Shown here: positions 30,334-38,971 of the stretch, one piece after another
How the letters are laid out: every line of letters starts with the position of its first letter
Position numbering within the stretch: the first letter of the stretch is position 1
Source: a virus
Strand: one strand, 5' to 3'
DNA length: 64,000 bases
Virus record (IMG/VR): IMGVR_UViG_3300025598_000023
Coordinates: 47,325-111,324 of that record
Made by a program: the position numbers and the translations under genes
The notes under the pieces: model-generated
Told to the model about the DNA's origin: nothing
Seen by the model: only the letters and a program-made list of their open reading frames with translations
The model's database searches: none

Positions 30334-31183
30334 CTTCTAAACTTGTCTTTGGCGTGTAGCCAAGATATTGCACAGCACGGCGAGTATCAAGCGCACCACG
30401 TTTTGGCATATCAAATGGTATGCCATCACCATATATAATTTTGCTTTGTGTTTTTGTCCAATCTCTTATTACATTGATAGCATCTTGTAGTGTTCTTGCG
30501 CTTCCATAACTTACATTAGCTATAAAATTATGTGTGTCAAATAGTGCAGCATTTGTGATAGCCTGTGCTACATCTTCTACATATGTAAAATCTAATGTAG
30601 CATGTGGATCATCTACGTGGATTGTTTCTTGATTAAGAGCAGCTTTTATCCATTTAGAGATGACACGATTGCCATCATCACGGTTACCATATACAGCAGT
30701 AGGACGAATGATTACCCATTTCTGTGCAATAATTCTAACAAGTTCTTCGCACATTTTTTTAGCCCTACCATAATCATTGATAGGTTTAAGTGGTGTATCC
30801 TCTGCGATAGAGTCTTTCCAGTCACCATATACCATACTGCTGCTTATATAAACCATTTTTGCATTAGGGTATGTTGTTAATAGATGAATAGTGCTTTGAA
30901 CTGTATTGCGCCAAGCAGACAAGTTGTCTTTGGAAAAAGTTGCTTGATTTGGTTCACCAGCGAGATGGATAATAACATCGACATCTTGAATAACAGTTTT
31001 GCTGCAATCAGCATTGATCCAATCATCATATGCAAATTCCATATAACGACCACGTTCCAAATATAAATCAGTAGTAATATATCGTAAATCATCAATAATT
31101 GTAACACGATGATTAGCATCTATTAGACGTTTTACAACATGATGACCAATAAATCCAAATCCACCTGTAACTAATACATGCAT
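30305..31183 (-). CDS. NAD-dependent sugar epimerase/dehydratase (extended SDR)
   Basis: VLVTGGFGFIG, HLA, ISSSMVYG, YGRAK (YxxxK), DFTYVEDVA. Start at ATG 31183. Confidence 0.9.
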   Translation of the reverse strand: MHVLVTGGFGFIGHHVVKRLIDANHRVTIIDDLRYITTDLYLERGRYMEFAYDDWINADCSKTVIQDVDVIIHLAGEPNQATFSKDNLSAWRNTVQSTIHLLTTYPNAKMVYISSSMVYGDWKDSIAEDTPLKPINDYGRAKKMCEELVRIIAQKWVIIRPTAVYGNRDDGNRVISKWIKAALNQETIHVDDPHATLDFTYVEDVAQAITNAALFDTHNFIANVSYGSARTLQDAINVIRDWTKTQSKIIYGDGIPFDMPKRGALDTRRAVQYLGYTPKTSLEDGINKLLQS

Positions 31184-31184
31184 A

Positions 31185-32027
31185 TTACACCGCCATTTCT
31201 GCTTTGATTGTTGAATGAGATTGATAATTTTGTAAAATAATATTATCCATTTTTGCTGTCCAAATATCTGCAACATTACTTAAATCTAATGTAGGATATG
31301 GATATGGTTCACGACCTAATAATTCTATAACTTGTGGGACATGATTGTTGTAGATATGAACATCGCCAAATGTAAGAATAAGTTCGCCAACTTCTGCACC
31401 AATTGTTTTGGCAATAAGATGTGTGAGTAGAGCATAACTTGCAATATTAAAAGGCACACCCAAAAACAAATCTGCGCTACGTTGATACATTTGGCAACTT
31501 AAAATATTTCTACGAATATAAAACTGCGCAAACATGTGGCAAGGTGGCAGAGCCATCTGATTTAATTCACCTGGATTCCATGCAGTAATAATATGGCGGC
31601 GACCGTTGGGATCATTCTGCAAACCATCAATAAGATTTTTTAATTGATCTACTTCGACACCATCAGCACTACGCCAGTGACGCCACTGTACACCATATAC
31701 ACGACCCAGATCGCCATTATAAGAAGAATTTGGAAGCCAATAATCTGCGTTAGCATTTGCAGTCCAGATTGTTTTCTTGCTTTCATCTCGTGTTCCATAT
31801 AGAATTTCTGCCAATCTTCTTTCATCACCGCTGCCTTCAATAAACCATAATAGTTCACTAACTACACTTTTCCAAGCAAGTTTTTTAGTCGTGATTGCTG
31901 GAAAACCATCTTGTAAGTTAAACCGTAACTGTTCACCAAATAAACTAATGGTTCCAACACCAGTTCTGTCTATAACTTGCGGTCCAGTTAGTATAATTTT
32001 TTTACATAATTCATTGTAATTTTGCAC
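31185..32027 (-). CDS. thyA: Thymidylate synthase
   Basis: DRTGVGT, ELLWFI, YGVQWR, AWNP, LPPCH, YQRSAD, PFNIASY, DVHIY. GTG at 32027 is the likely start. Confidence 0.95.
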   Translation of the reverse strand: MQNYNELCKKIILTGPQVIDRTGVGTISLFGEQLRFNLQDGFPAITTKKLAWKSVVSELLWFIEGSGDERRLAEILYGTRDESKKTIWTANANADYWLPNSSYNGDLGRVYGVQWRHWRSADGVEVDQLKNLIDGLQNDPNGRRHIITAWNPGELNQMALPPCHMFAQFYIRRNILSCQMYQRSADLFLGVPFNIASYALLTHLIAKTIGAEVGELILTFGDVHIYNNHVPQVIELLGREPYPYPTLDLSNVADIWTAKMDNIILQNYQSHSTIKAEMAV

Positions 32028-32514
32028 GACGAGTCCATACTGAAAATATTTTATTCTTTCCATATGATTCATATTGCATATTGAAAGATTTTAATAACTC
32101 TACCACATCTATGCTAACATCGCAATTAAATTCGTCATAAAATGTTGTAAGATATAATTGCTTAAAAAGATGACTTGTACTTTCAATTAGTTTTGGACCA
32201 CCAATTATCCATATATCTTTTTTAGGATGTTGTAATTGCAATACTTCTAAACTTTGTTCAATTGCTGCACCTGCTATTACATCATGCGCTTTTGGGAAGT
32301 TTTCTACGGATTGATTAGTTACTACTGCACAATGACGATCTGGTAGTGGCTTTGGCATTTTTGGGTCTAGCCAAGTATTACTACCCATTACAACTACATG
32401 ACCACGTGTATTGCTACTGAACCACTCCATATCTTGTTTATCATGTGGCCATGGTAGAGTTCCATCTTTGCCCATTCCACCATTTAAGTCTACTGCAAAG
32501 ATGGCTTTTATCAT
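32011..32514 (-). CDS. folA: Dihydrofolate reductase
   Basis: GMGKDGTLPW, VVMG..TW, PLPDR, WIIGG; adjacent to thyA. Confidence 0.92.
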   Translation of the reverse strand: MIKAIFAVDLNGGMGKDGTLPWPHDKQDMEWFSSNTRGHVVVMGSNTWLDPKMPKPLPDRHCAVVTNQSVENFPKAHDVIAGAAIEQSLEVLQLQHPKKDIWIIGGPKLIESTSHLFKQLYLTTFYDEFNCDVSIDVVELLKSFNMQYESYGKNKIFSVWTRRAKLQ

Positions 32515-32819
32515 TAGTCTAATAATTTGTTTGTTTCTGTTTCAACTTCTTCGGCAATTGCGGTAATATTCAAATGAAAATCAACACAATCAATGTCATC
32601 GGCATTTAATTCAAGATATGCTTCAATTAGTGTTTCAATTTCTTGAAATTCCATACCCTTTTCAAGCATGACTTTAATGTCAAAACTATGTGATTGACCA
32701 TCACTAAAAGATGCGTTAATTGATTTAATAAAACGAATGGGAACATCCGAAATTTCTACTGAAGAAATTAAATGTTCCCATCTGTTAAAAAATTCATCAC
32801 TAAAATTAGTATCAGACAC
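32514..32819 (-). CDS. Acidic hypothetical protein
   Basis: 101 aa, coupled to neighbours. Confidence 0.6.
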   Translation of the reverse strand: MSDTNFSDEFFNRWEHLISSVEISDVPIRFIKSINASFSDGQSHSFDIKVMLEKGMEFQEIETLIEAYLELNADDIDCVDFHLNITAIAEEVETETNKLLD

Positions 32820-33519
32820 TGGTCTTGGTCTTAGCAGTCTTGGCTGTTGCTTTCTTTGTAGTAGCCTTTACGACTACTGGCTTAGCACTTTGTAGTTCAT
32901 TAAGCTGCTTCTGCATGCCCTGCATGGTCTTCATCATTTCCATCATAACAGCAGTCATATCTGGCGTAGCGGGTTGTGCTGATACAGGTGCAACGACAGG
33001 TGTTTCAACAGCATTAAGTTTAGCATTTTCTGCTTCAAGATTAATACCAAGTTCATTGGGACGCACACTGTCACTAACTACTGCATCTGTTGTTGCAGTC
33101 TTTGCAGGATCAGCAAATCCTTGTTGATTTTCCATACGTTCTAGACGTGAAACAGCTTCTGGTCCCTTACCAACTTGATTTAAAAGTTTAGTAAGCTCAT
33201 CAAGTCGGATACTGCTTTTGCTATTTGGAGTAACTAAAACATTTGCTGCTGGCACACGTTTTAGATAGTTTTCTGCACTTAATGCTTGCAACATATTTTG
33301 ACCATCTGCCATCATGCGGCGTTCTAGAATATCACGAAACTCATATGCTTGTTGACCTTCGTCACTCTCTAAAACTCTCATGACATCATCATGATATTTG
33401 CTTGGCATGATTTCACTATAAATTACTGCTGCCATATGTTCATCTTCACCAGGTAGCTGGCGTTGAACAATGATAACTTTTTTATTGTTGACACTTCCTA
33501 CGTGTTTAAAAAAACTCAT
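32812..33519 (-). CDS. Hypothetical protein with Lys/Thr-rich tail
   Basis: 235 aa, ATGA overlap, SD GAGGA. Confidence 0.65.
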   Translation of the reverse strand: MSFFKHVGSVNNKKVIIVQRQLPGEDEHMAAVIYSEIMPSKYHDDVMRVLESDEGQQAYEFRDILERRMMADGQNMLQALSAENYLKRVPAANVLVTPNSKSSIRLDELTKLLNQVGKGPEAVSRLERMENQQGFADPAKTATTDAVVSDSVRPNELGINLEAENAKLNAVETPVVAPVSAQPATPDMTAVMMEMMKTMQGMQKQLNELQSAKPVVVKATTKKATAKTAKTKTSV

Positions 33520-33737
33520 TGATTTACTTCCTCTGTAGATGTTTCTGGTGCTGGCTGAGGATTATTAGCAACAATAAAGGCTTTAACTTTATCGTATACT
33601 GCACCTACACTTGAAAGTTCTTCTGCACGAAAAGCACCACGCTGTGCAACTGTTTCTACAATCTGAACCAAGAAAGCAATATCATTGATTGTTACGCTTG
33701 GTGGTGTTGCAGGAACATTAGTAGTTTCGTCTGTCAT
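33516..33737 (-). CDS. Small conserved phage protein
   Basis: QRGAFRAEEL motif; SD GGAG; TAAATA at 33756-33761. Confidence 0.65.
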   Translation of the reverse strand: MTDETTNVPATPPSVTINDIAFLVQIVETVAQRGAFRAEELSSVGAVYDKVKAFIVANNPQPAPETSTEEVNQ

Positions 33738-33768
33738 TATAATCTCCGTTTTTATTATTTAATATAAT

Positions 33769-33800
33769 AAAAAAGGCTCCGAAAATTTTTCGGAGCCTTA
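33769..33800 (-). terminator. Rho-independent terminator after the VWA gene
   Basis: aaggctccgaaa/tttcggagcctt inverted repeat followed on the - strand by a U-run. Confidence 0.85.
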
Positions 33801-33836
33801 TAAGATTGGTGCAAGAAGGAACGTAAACCAATCTTA
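33801..33836 (-). other. 10-bp hairpin with CU-rich loop
   Basis: taagattggt/accaatctta perfect stem; - strand loop UUACGUUCCUUCUUGC. Confidence 0.55.
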
Positions 33837-35090
33837 ATCTTCATAATAGGCATGAACACCAAACGGCGGTTCAATAGTCTTGTTATACTTGTTATGGATA
33901 ATCCATACAGTATCACAATAATTTTCATCACCCCAAGAACCAAAGGGTTCACCGTCAGTAAACACGATAAAAAGTTTAGGTTCAACGCCTTCGTGTTGCA
34001 TCCACCGCCAATTTACATCAAAGTCAGTTCCGCCAAAACCTTTTGGTTCATAGTTTATAAGTTCATCACCATCAGCAGTAGTATATTCTTGTGGGTTATG
34101 AACTTGTGTATCAAAGCACCAAATCTTAATCTTGTAATCATCATAAGATTGCATGATACCATTGATTTCACTAAAAAAAGCAGTCAATTGTTCTTGACCA
34201 ATTGAACCGCTAGTATCGATAGCAATGCAAACATCAATAGCTTGATCCTTACGCATGTTAGGCAGAACAAACCCTTGCGAGAACATTTTCTTGTTAGGAA
34301 TAGTCCAAGTGTAATCATTCTTAACAGTAGATTGGATTTGTTGTGTAATGAGTTCACGCCAGTTGATTTTAGGCTGTGTGAGTTCATTAATCATACGCTT
34401 GACATTGCCAGGACAATCGCCAGCGCCAGCACTTTGTGCTGCTGCAAGCATAGCTTCCTTAAACTCGTCTTTAATCTTTTGGCGTTCTTCTTGTGAAAGT
34501 GTAGGACGGCCCTTACCTTCTTTATCACCGTCTTTGTCTTCACCGCCATTGCCATCTTTTTCAGGATCAAGATGGTCATCAAGCATTTGGTCAAGCAAAT
34601 CTTCAATGTTAATTTTCTGTGCATTCTTGATCAAGTCTTCATAAACTTGTTCAAAGTTCCAATCATCATACTTGCGATCATAAAGAATAGGAAGAACAGT
34701 AATACGTTGACCAAGGTTATACTTGATGCAGTCAGCATTTACCACATAGTCCATTGCAATGTTTGCAAGGTCTTTCTGTTTGCCAATACCACGGTTCATG
34801 TGGTCGTAAGCGCAATGAAGCAACTCATGGCAGAACAAAAACATCATTTGATTGGTAGGAAGTTTGAGGATAAAGTCACTGTTGTAATAAAAGTGACGAC
34901 CATCAGTAGCCGCAGTGGTCAGCCAGCTATCAGCATTGACCAGTTTGAGCCGCATGGCAAGATTTCCAAAAAACGGTTGTTTAATTACAAGGGCAATACG
35001 AGCCTTGAGAATTGCTTGACGTGCATCATAGTCGACCTTTGGGTCAACCGTATCGGACAGTTTGCCAGCACCTTGTTTCATCTTAGCCAT
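33834..35090 (-). CDS. Metallopeptidase-VWA domain protein (DUF2201-type, MoxR partner)
   Basis: TAATDG, HELLH (HExxH), DTSGS MIDAS, GGTDF, FTDG. Confidence 0.85.
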   Translation of the reverse strand: MAKMKQGAGKLSDTVDPKVDYDARQAILKARIALVIKQPFFGNLAMRLKLVNADSWLTTAATDGRHFYYNSDFILKLPTNQMMFLFCHELLHCAYDHMNRGIGKQKDLANIAMDYVVNADCIKYNLGQRITVLPILYDRKYDDWNFEQVYEDLIKNAQKINIEDLLDQMLDDHLDPEKDGNGGEDKDGDKEGKGRPTLSQEERQKIKDEFKEAMLAAAQSAGAGDCPGNVKRMINELTQPKINWRELITQQIQSTVKNDYTWTIPNKKMFSQGFVLPNMRKDQAIDVCIAIDTSGSIGQEQLTAFFSEINGIMQSYDDYKIKIWCFDTQVHNPQEYTTADGDELINYEPKGFGGTDFDVNWRWMQHEGVEPKLFIVFTDGEPFGSWGDENYCDTVWIIHNKYNKTIEPPFGVHAYYED

Positions 35091-35115
35091 AATCGTTCTC
35101 CAATTTCTATAATCT

Positions 35116-35143
35116 ATAATACCACATTATTGGGGGTTGTCAA
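35116..35143 (-). promoter_or_regulatory. sigma70-type early promoter
   Basis: TTGACA-N16-TATTAT with TG extension; SD GGAGA downstream. Confidence 0.65.
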
Positions 35144-35154
35144 GCATTATTTTT

Positions 35155-35568
35155 TCAAGAAAAAGCCATTATTTGTTCGAAAATATTGGTTTTATTTAAA
35201 TTTAAGTCAATATATCCATTAAAACCAACATAATTTGTTGCAATTTTACTTTGGTTTTCACAATTTATTACTATATTTTGCTGTAAATATACTTCATTTA
35301 TTGGAAACATATCTAATTTAATACTGCAAATTTTAACAAATTTATCAGCAATAATTTTATTGTCTTCAATAATTGTGTCATTTTTCATATCTTTTCCACT
35401 AAAATCTATTTTAATTTTTTTGGGAAGATTTACAAATAAACTTTGTTCTACAAACTTTTCACCCGTGGGATTTATCACAATATCATCGCCAATAAATTTT
35501 ACAGTCATTGTTTTATTTTTGACATAGCCAAATTCAAACAAAAATTTTATTTCTACATTATCAAACAT
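35155..35568 (-). CDS. Hypothetical protein (very AT-rich)
   Basis: 137 aa, 8-bp overlap with the B12-radical SAM gene. Confidence 0.55.
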   Translation of the reverse strand: MFDNVEIKFLFEFGYVKNKTMTVKFIGDDIVINPTGEKFVEQSLFVNLPKKIKIDFSGKDMKNDTIIEDNKIIADKFVKICSIKLDMFPINEVYLQQNIVINCENQSKIATNYVGFNGYIDLNLNKTNIFEQIMAFS

Positions 35569-37018
35569 TGTTTTTAATTAAACTTTCTAGCACAAAATGA
35601 TTATCAAGGTTATCAACAACATTGTAACCTAGTTTTTTACTGTAATTCATAAGGTCAATCGTCCATTGCGCCCTTATTTTTGGTGTACTATTAATAGACG
35701 GATTTATCCATTCATTTGGCAAGGGACCAATTTTTGTTATTCCTAATTTTTCTTTATTATTATCTAAAAAAGTATTTGGGAAAATACCTAATGTCCCACC
35801 CCATTGAATTACCAGTGTGTCTTTATACTCAATATGAGTTGCTAACCAATTTTTTATATAGTTAATATGTGTTTGTGTTTCAGTAATGTATCCAACGATA
35901 TTAAGTAAAGTAATTTTTATGTTATATTTTTTAGCTTGTTTTAAATAAAAATCTATAGATTCATTAGTAAATTTTTTACCCATGGCGTATCTAATATCTT
36001 CATTTAGATTTTCAACTCCAACACTTAAAACATTTGCACCAGACTTAGCTATTAACTCCCATTCATGTTCACTGCTTTGAGATATATTTCTAAAAATAAA
36101 ATATCCAGACCAACTAAAAGAATTATTTGGATTTTTTGTATTATAATTTGCCAATAACTTTAAAAATTTTAAAAATTCTTTTTGATTGCCATTAGTCAAA
36201 CTGTCTTGAAATTTAAAATTTCTTATATTATATTTTTTGTTTTGAATTAACATTTCATTGAATATTTCTTCTGCTTCTCTCCAGTGAAAGTTTTTCCAAT
36301 TAGAAATGTAATCACAAAAAGTGCACTTTCTTACACATCCTCTGCTGCCTACTAAAGGCAATATTCTTTTTCTATAATTTGCAAAATTATAATCGTCATA
36401 ATCAGGATACGGTAAACTTCTAACTTCTTCCCTACTCAGTTCTTGCCATGATGGTGTATTAATTCCATTATAATCATTGTTACCATTTAAAAGTTCAATA
36501 AGTGAACGTTCACCATCGCCGCGAATATGCCAATCAGCTAATTTTTCATTTAGCATAAAATTTACAAATTCACTTGGACCAGTAAAGGTATCTAAACAGC
36601 CAGCACCGCCAATTAATATTTTGATTTTGGGATTGAGTTTTTTAATATAGTATGCTATCCATTTTCCACTTTGCTGACAAACATAAGAAAATAGACTTAA
36701 CCCCACATATTTTGGTTTATAAGAAATAATTTTAGTAGCAATATTTTTAAACAAATTATGTAAAAAATTTGCTGCCTCATTATCAGCAACACCATCAAAG
36801 AAAAATTTTATCAATTCATCTTTTAAAGGATGAATTGTTATTATATTAAATATTTCTATATTAAGATCGATTGCTAAACAGCTATAACCACATTTTTCAA
36901 TTATTGGTTTTAGTGCTGCTGGTGCCATCAACGGCAAATTAGTATCAATCCAGGGCACAGTGGTTATAATAAAATCTATCTTTTTATTTTCGGAATTATC
37001 TAAACATTCAATTTTCAT
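35561..37018 (-). CDS. Cobalamin-binding radical SAM protein (class B methyltransferase-like)
   Basis: N-terminal B12-binding-like region (VGLSLF, ILIGG, GDGE), LPYPDYDDY, SRGCVRKCTFC, SVGVEN. Confidence 0.8.
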   Translation of the reverse strand: MKIECLDNSENKKIDFIITTVPWIDTNLPLMAPAALKPIIEKCGYSCLAIDLNIEIFNIITIHPLKDELIKFFFDGVADNEAANFLHNLFKNIATKIISYKPKYVGLSLFSYVCQQSGKWIAYYIKKLNPKIKILIGGAGCLDTFTGPSEFVNFMLNEKLADWHIRGDGERSLIELLNGNNDYNGINTPSWQELSREEVRSLPYPDYDDYNFANYRKRILPLVGSRGCVRKCTFCDYISNWKNFHWREAEEIFNEMLIQNKKYNIRNFKFQDSLTNGNQKEFLKFLKLLANYNTKNPNNSFSWSGYFIFRNISQSSEHEWELIAKSGANVLSVGVENLNEDIRYAMGKKFTNESIDFYLKQAKKYNIKITLLNIVGYITETQTHINYIKNWLATHIEYKDTLVIQWGGTLGIFPNTFLDNNKEKLGITKIGPLPNEWINPSINSTPKIRAQWTIDLMNYSKKLGYNVVDNLDNHFVLESLIKNNV

Positions 37019-37022
37019 TTCT

Positions 37023-37028
37023 TATTTA
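37023..37028 (-). promoter_or_regulatory. TAAATA late motif 4 nt before ATG
   Basis: TAAATA-AGAA-ATG, no SD. Confidence 0.45.
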
Positions 37029-37033
37029 CACAC

Positions 37034-37072
37034 TAAAATAGGGGAGAAGTGCTGTGAACACCACCCCCCTAT
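37034..37072 (-). terminator. Rho-independent terminator after the ATPase gene
   Basis: AUAGGGGGG...CUCCCCUAU stem followed by UUU. Confidence 0.7.
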
Positions 37073-37074
37073 AG

Positions 37075-37112
37075 TCTCGCCCTCACTGTGATGGAGAACG
37101 ATAGGGGCGAGA
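37075..37112 (-). ncRNA. Candidate 3'-UTR RNA hairpin with anti-SD loop
   Basis: 8-bp stem tctcgccc/gggcgaga. The loop AUCGUUCUCCAUCA is complementary to phage RBSs. Confidence 0.4.
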
Positions 37113-38237
37113 TTAACGCAATGCAGACATGATGAAGTCACCATTCTTAGCGTGGAATTCTTTATAGTTTGCCAGTTTACTTGTTTTCATTGGCAGACTA
37201 TAAACACGGACAAGAGTAGCAATCATCATAACTTGCAATTCTGTATCCATGTGATCAAGGAAGAAACGGATAACATTATCAATTTCACCATGCCAAGCAG
37301 TGTAGTCGGCATCTTTCATCTTGTCACCGCCGCGACGAACACAGCTATCCTTGAGTTCATAGCAGCATGAGACTGTAAGAGAATACTTTGCACCAATGTC
37401 TTTAGCTTTGAGTTCCTTGATTTTACCAGCAAGAATATCGCTTGGATTTGGCATTTGGCTTGCAACCTTGCGATGTGCAGAGAATTTAAGTGCAACACCT
37501 TCACCAACCGTGCCCGCAACAAGGTCATTCAATTCGGTATCACCAAGGTCTTCTTGCAAAAGGTCGCTAACAAACGACCAAGAACGAGGCGTAGCGAATG
37601 ATGCACCGCTTGAACGTGGGTCAAAGTTGAACAAATCACCTTTGTTACAGGTCACGTAAGCCACAACATCAGGGCTGATACCATGGTTCAATGCCCATTC
37701 ATTCCACGACTCAAAGTCAACACGCAAGTTCAAGTGAACAAAACGGTTAGCAAGTGGCGATGGCATACGATACACGACACCACGGTCAGTATCACGGTTA
37801 CCAGCGGCAACGATAACAACATTGTCAGGAAGTTCATAAGTGCCGACACGACGATTAAGAACCAATTGATATGCGGCAGCTTGAGTTGCAGGTGCAGCAG
37901 AGTTCATTTCGTCGAGGAAAAGCACCACAACAGGATACTTTGCGGCTTCCTCGGCAGTAGGCAAATCAGGCGGTGCATTCCACATCGCATTACCCACGGT
38001 AGGATTGTAGTAGAGAACACCCTTAAGATCGGAAGGGTCCATAAGTGCAAGACGCAAGTCATACAACTTGCCGCCCATGCTTTCGCAAATATCAGCAACC
38101 AATTCAGACTTGCCGATACCAGGCGCACCCCACAAGAAGATTGGGCGCTTACGCTTCATACATACCATAATTTCACGCTTAGCAGATGCAAGCGTAACTG
38201 TCCGCACTTCGGACACAGCATCATTAACTTTAGCCAT
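37113..38237 (-). CDS. MoxR-like AAA+ ATPase
   Basis: GAPGIGKS Walker A, LFLDEMN Walker B, AAGN, PLANRF, TPRSW. Confidence 0.9.
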   Translation of the reverse strand: MAKVNDAVSEVRTVTLASAKREIMVCMKRKRPIFLWGAPGIGKSELVADICESMGGKLYDLRLALMDPSDLKGVLYYNPTVGNAMWNAPPDLPTAEEAAKYPVVVLFLDEMNSAAPATQAAAYQLVLNRRVGTYELPDNVVIVAAGNRDTDRGVVYRMPSPLANRFVHLNLRVDFESWNEWALNHGISPDVVAYVTCNKGDLFNFDPRSSGASFATPRSWSFVSDLLQEDLGDTELNDLVAGTVGEGVALKFSAHRKVASQMPNPSDILAGKIKELKAKDIGAKYSLTVSCCYELKDSCVRRGGDKMKDADYTAWHGEIDNVIRFFLDHMDTELQVMMIATLVRVYSLPMKTSKLANYKEFHAKNGDFIMSALR

Positions 38238-38267
38238 TTGTTTTCTCCATCAGTTGACTATAATATT

Positions 38268-38295
38268 AATATAACAGATTATTCTTGGTTGTCAA
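38268..38295 (-). promoter_or_regulatory. sigma70-type early promoter
   Basis: TTGACA-N16-TATATT with TG extension. Confidence 0.7.
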
Positions 38296-38971
38296 GCACT
38301 TTTTTTGTCTCTAAAAGTGGCTGAACCTTCATTTTAATCCGCACATAATGCAGACGTGTTTTGCTGTCCTCATCATGTTTATGGATGCGGGCTGTCAAAA
38401 TAATGACACTTCCACGCTCAAATTTTTCGGCAAACGGAAATAACACAAGGCAGTTATCTTCTGTCAGTCCAGTATGATACCACTTGTTATAATTATAGCT
38501 AAAAACTGCCGAAATAATGGTGATTTTTCCTTCAAAATTATCACCTACTTTGCCAAAATGTCGGCTATTTGCTTGCAAAGTATTAATTTCATCACGTGCA
38601 TTTTCACGAGCAATAGCATTTTTATATGAGCTTGGAACACTAGCAATTAGTGCTAAAGTCTTGTAATCATTAGCTAAAAATTCTTTCTGTTCAGTCAATA
38701 GAACCAAATTTCGCCAATAATCGTGCAATGTGCCGCCAATAAGTTCAAACATTTTACCATCAAGATATTCAATAATTTGTTCAGCACTTTCAATATCTTG
38801 TGGCAAAGCATTAACGTGTTCAATTTCAGGATTAAGGATATCACGCATCAATGCACCGTTGCTTTCCTCCCCCTTTTCTTTGTCAGCTTCATAGCGTTTG
38901 ATATAACGACCATTAATTCGTTGTGCCGCACAAGCAGCAGAAATAGCGTCTTTTAAGGTAATATTAGTCAT
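38279..38971 (-). CDS. Hypothetical protein, possible C-terminal OB-fold
   Basis: 230 aa; SRHFGKVGD...TRLHYVRI beta-rich end. Confidence 0.6.
   Translation of the reverse strand: MTNITLKDAISAACAAQRINGRYIKRYEADKEKGEESNGALMRDILNPEIEHVNALPQDIESAEQIIEYLDGKMFELIGGTLHDYWRNLVLLTEQKEFLANDYKTLALIASVPSSYKNAIARENARDEINTLQANSRHFGKVGDNFEGKITIISAVFSYNYNKWYHTGLTEDNCLVLFPFAEKFERGSVIILTARIHKHDEDSKTRLHYVRIKMKVQPLLETKKVLDNQE

Noticed and set aside
30305-31183. SDR as dTDP-glucose 4,6-dehydratase (RmlB/DesIV)
   Set aside because: It has ISSSMVYG instead of the STDEVYG catalytic motif, so it is left as a generic epimerase/dehydratase.
31185-32027. ThyA as a dCMP/dUMP hydroxymethylase for DNA hypermodification
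   Set aside because: It retains canonical dUMP-specific motifs (PFN, LPPCH, YQRSAD) and sits beside DHFR, so it looks like an ordinary thymidylate synthase.
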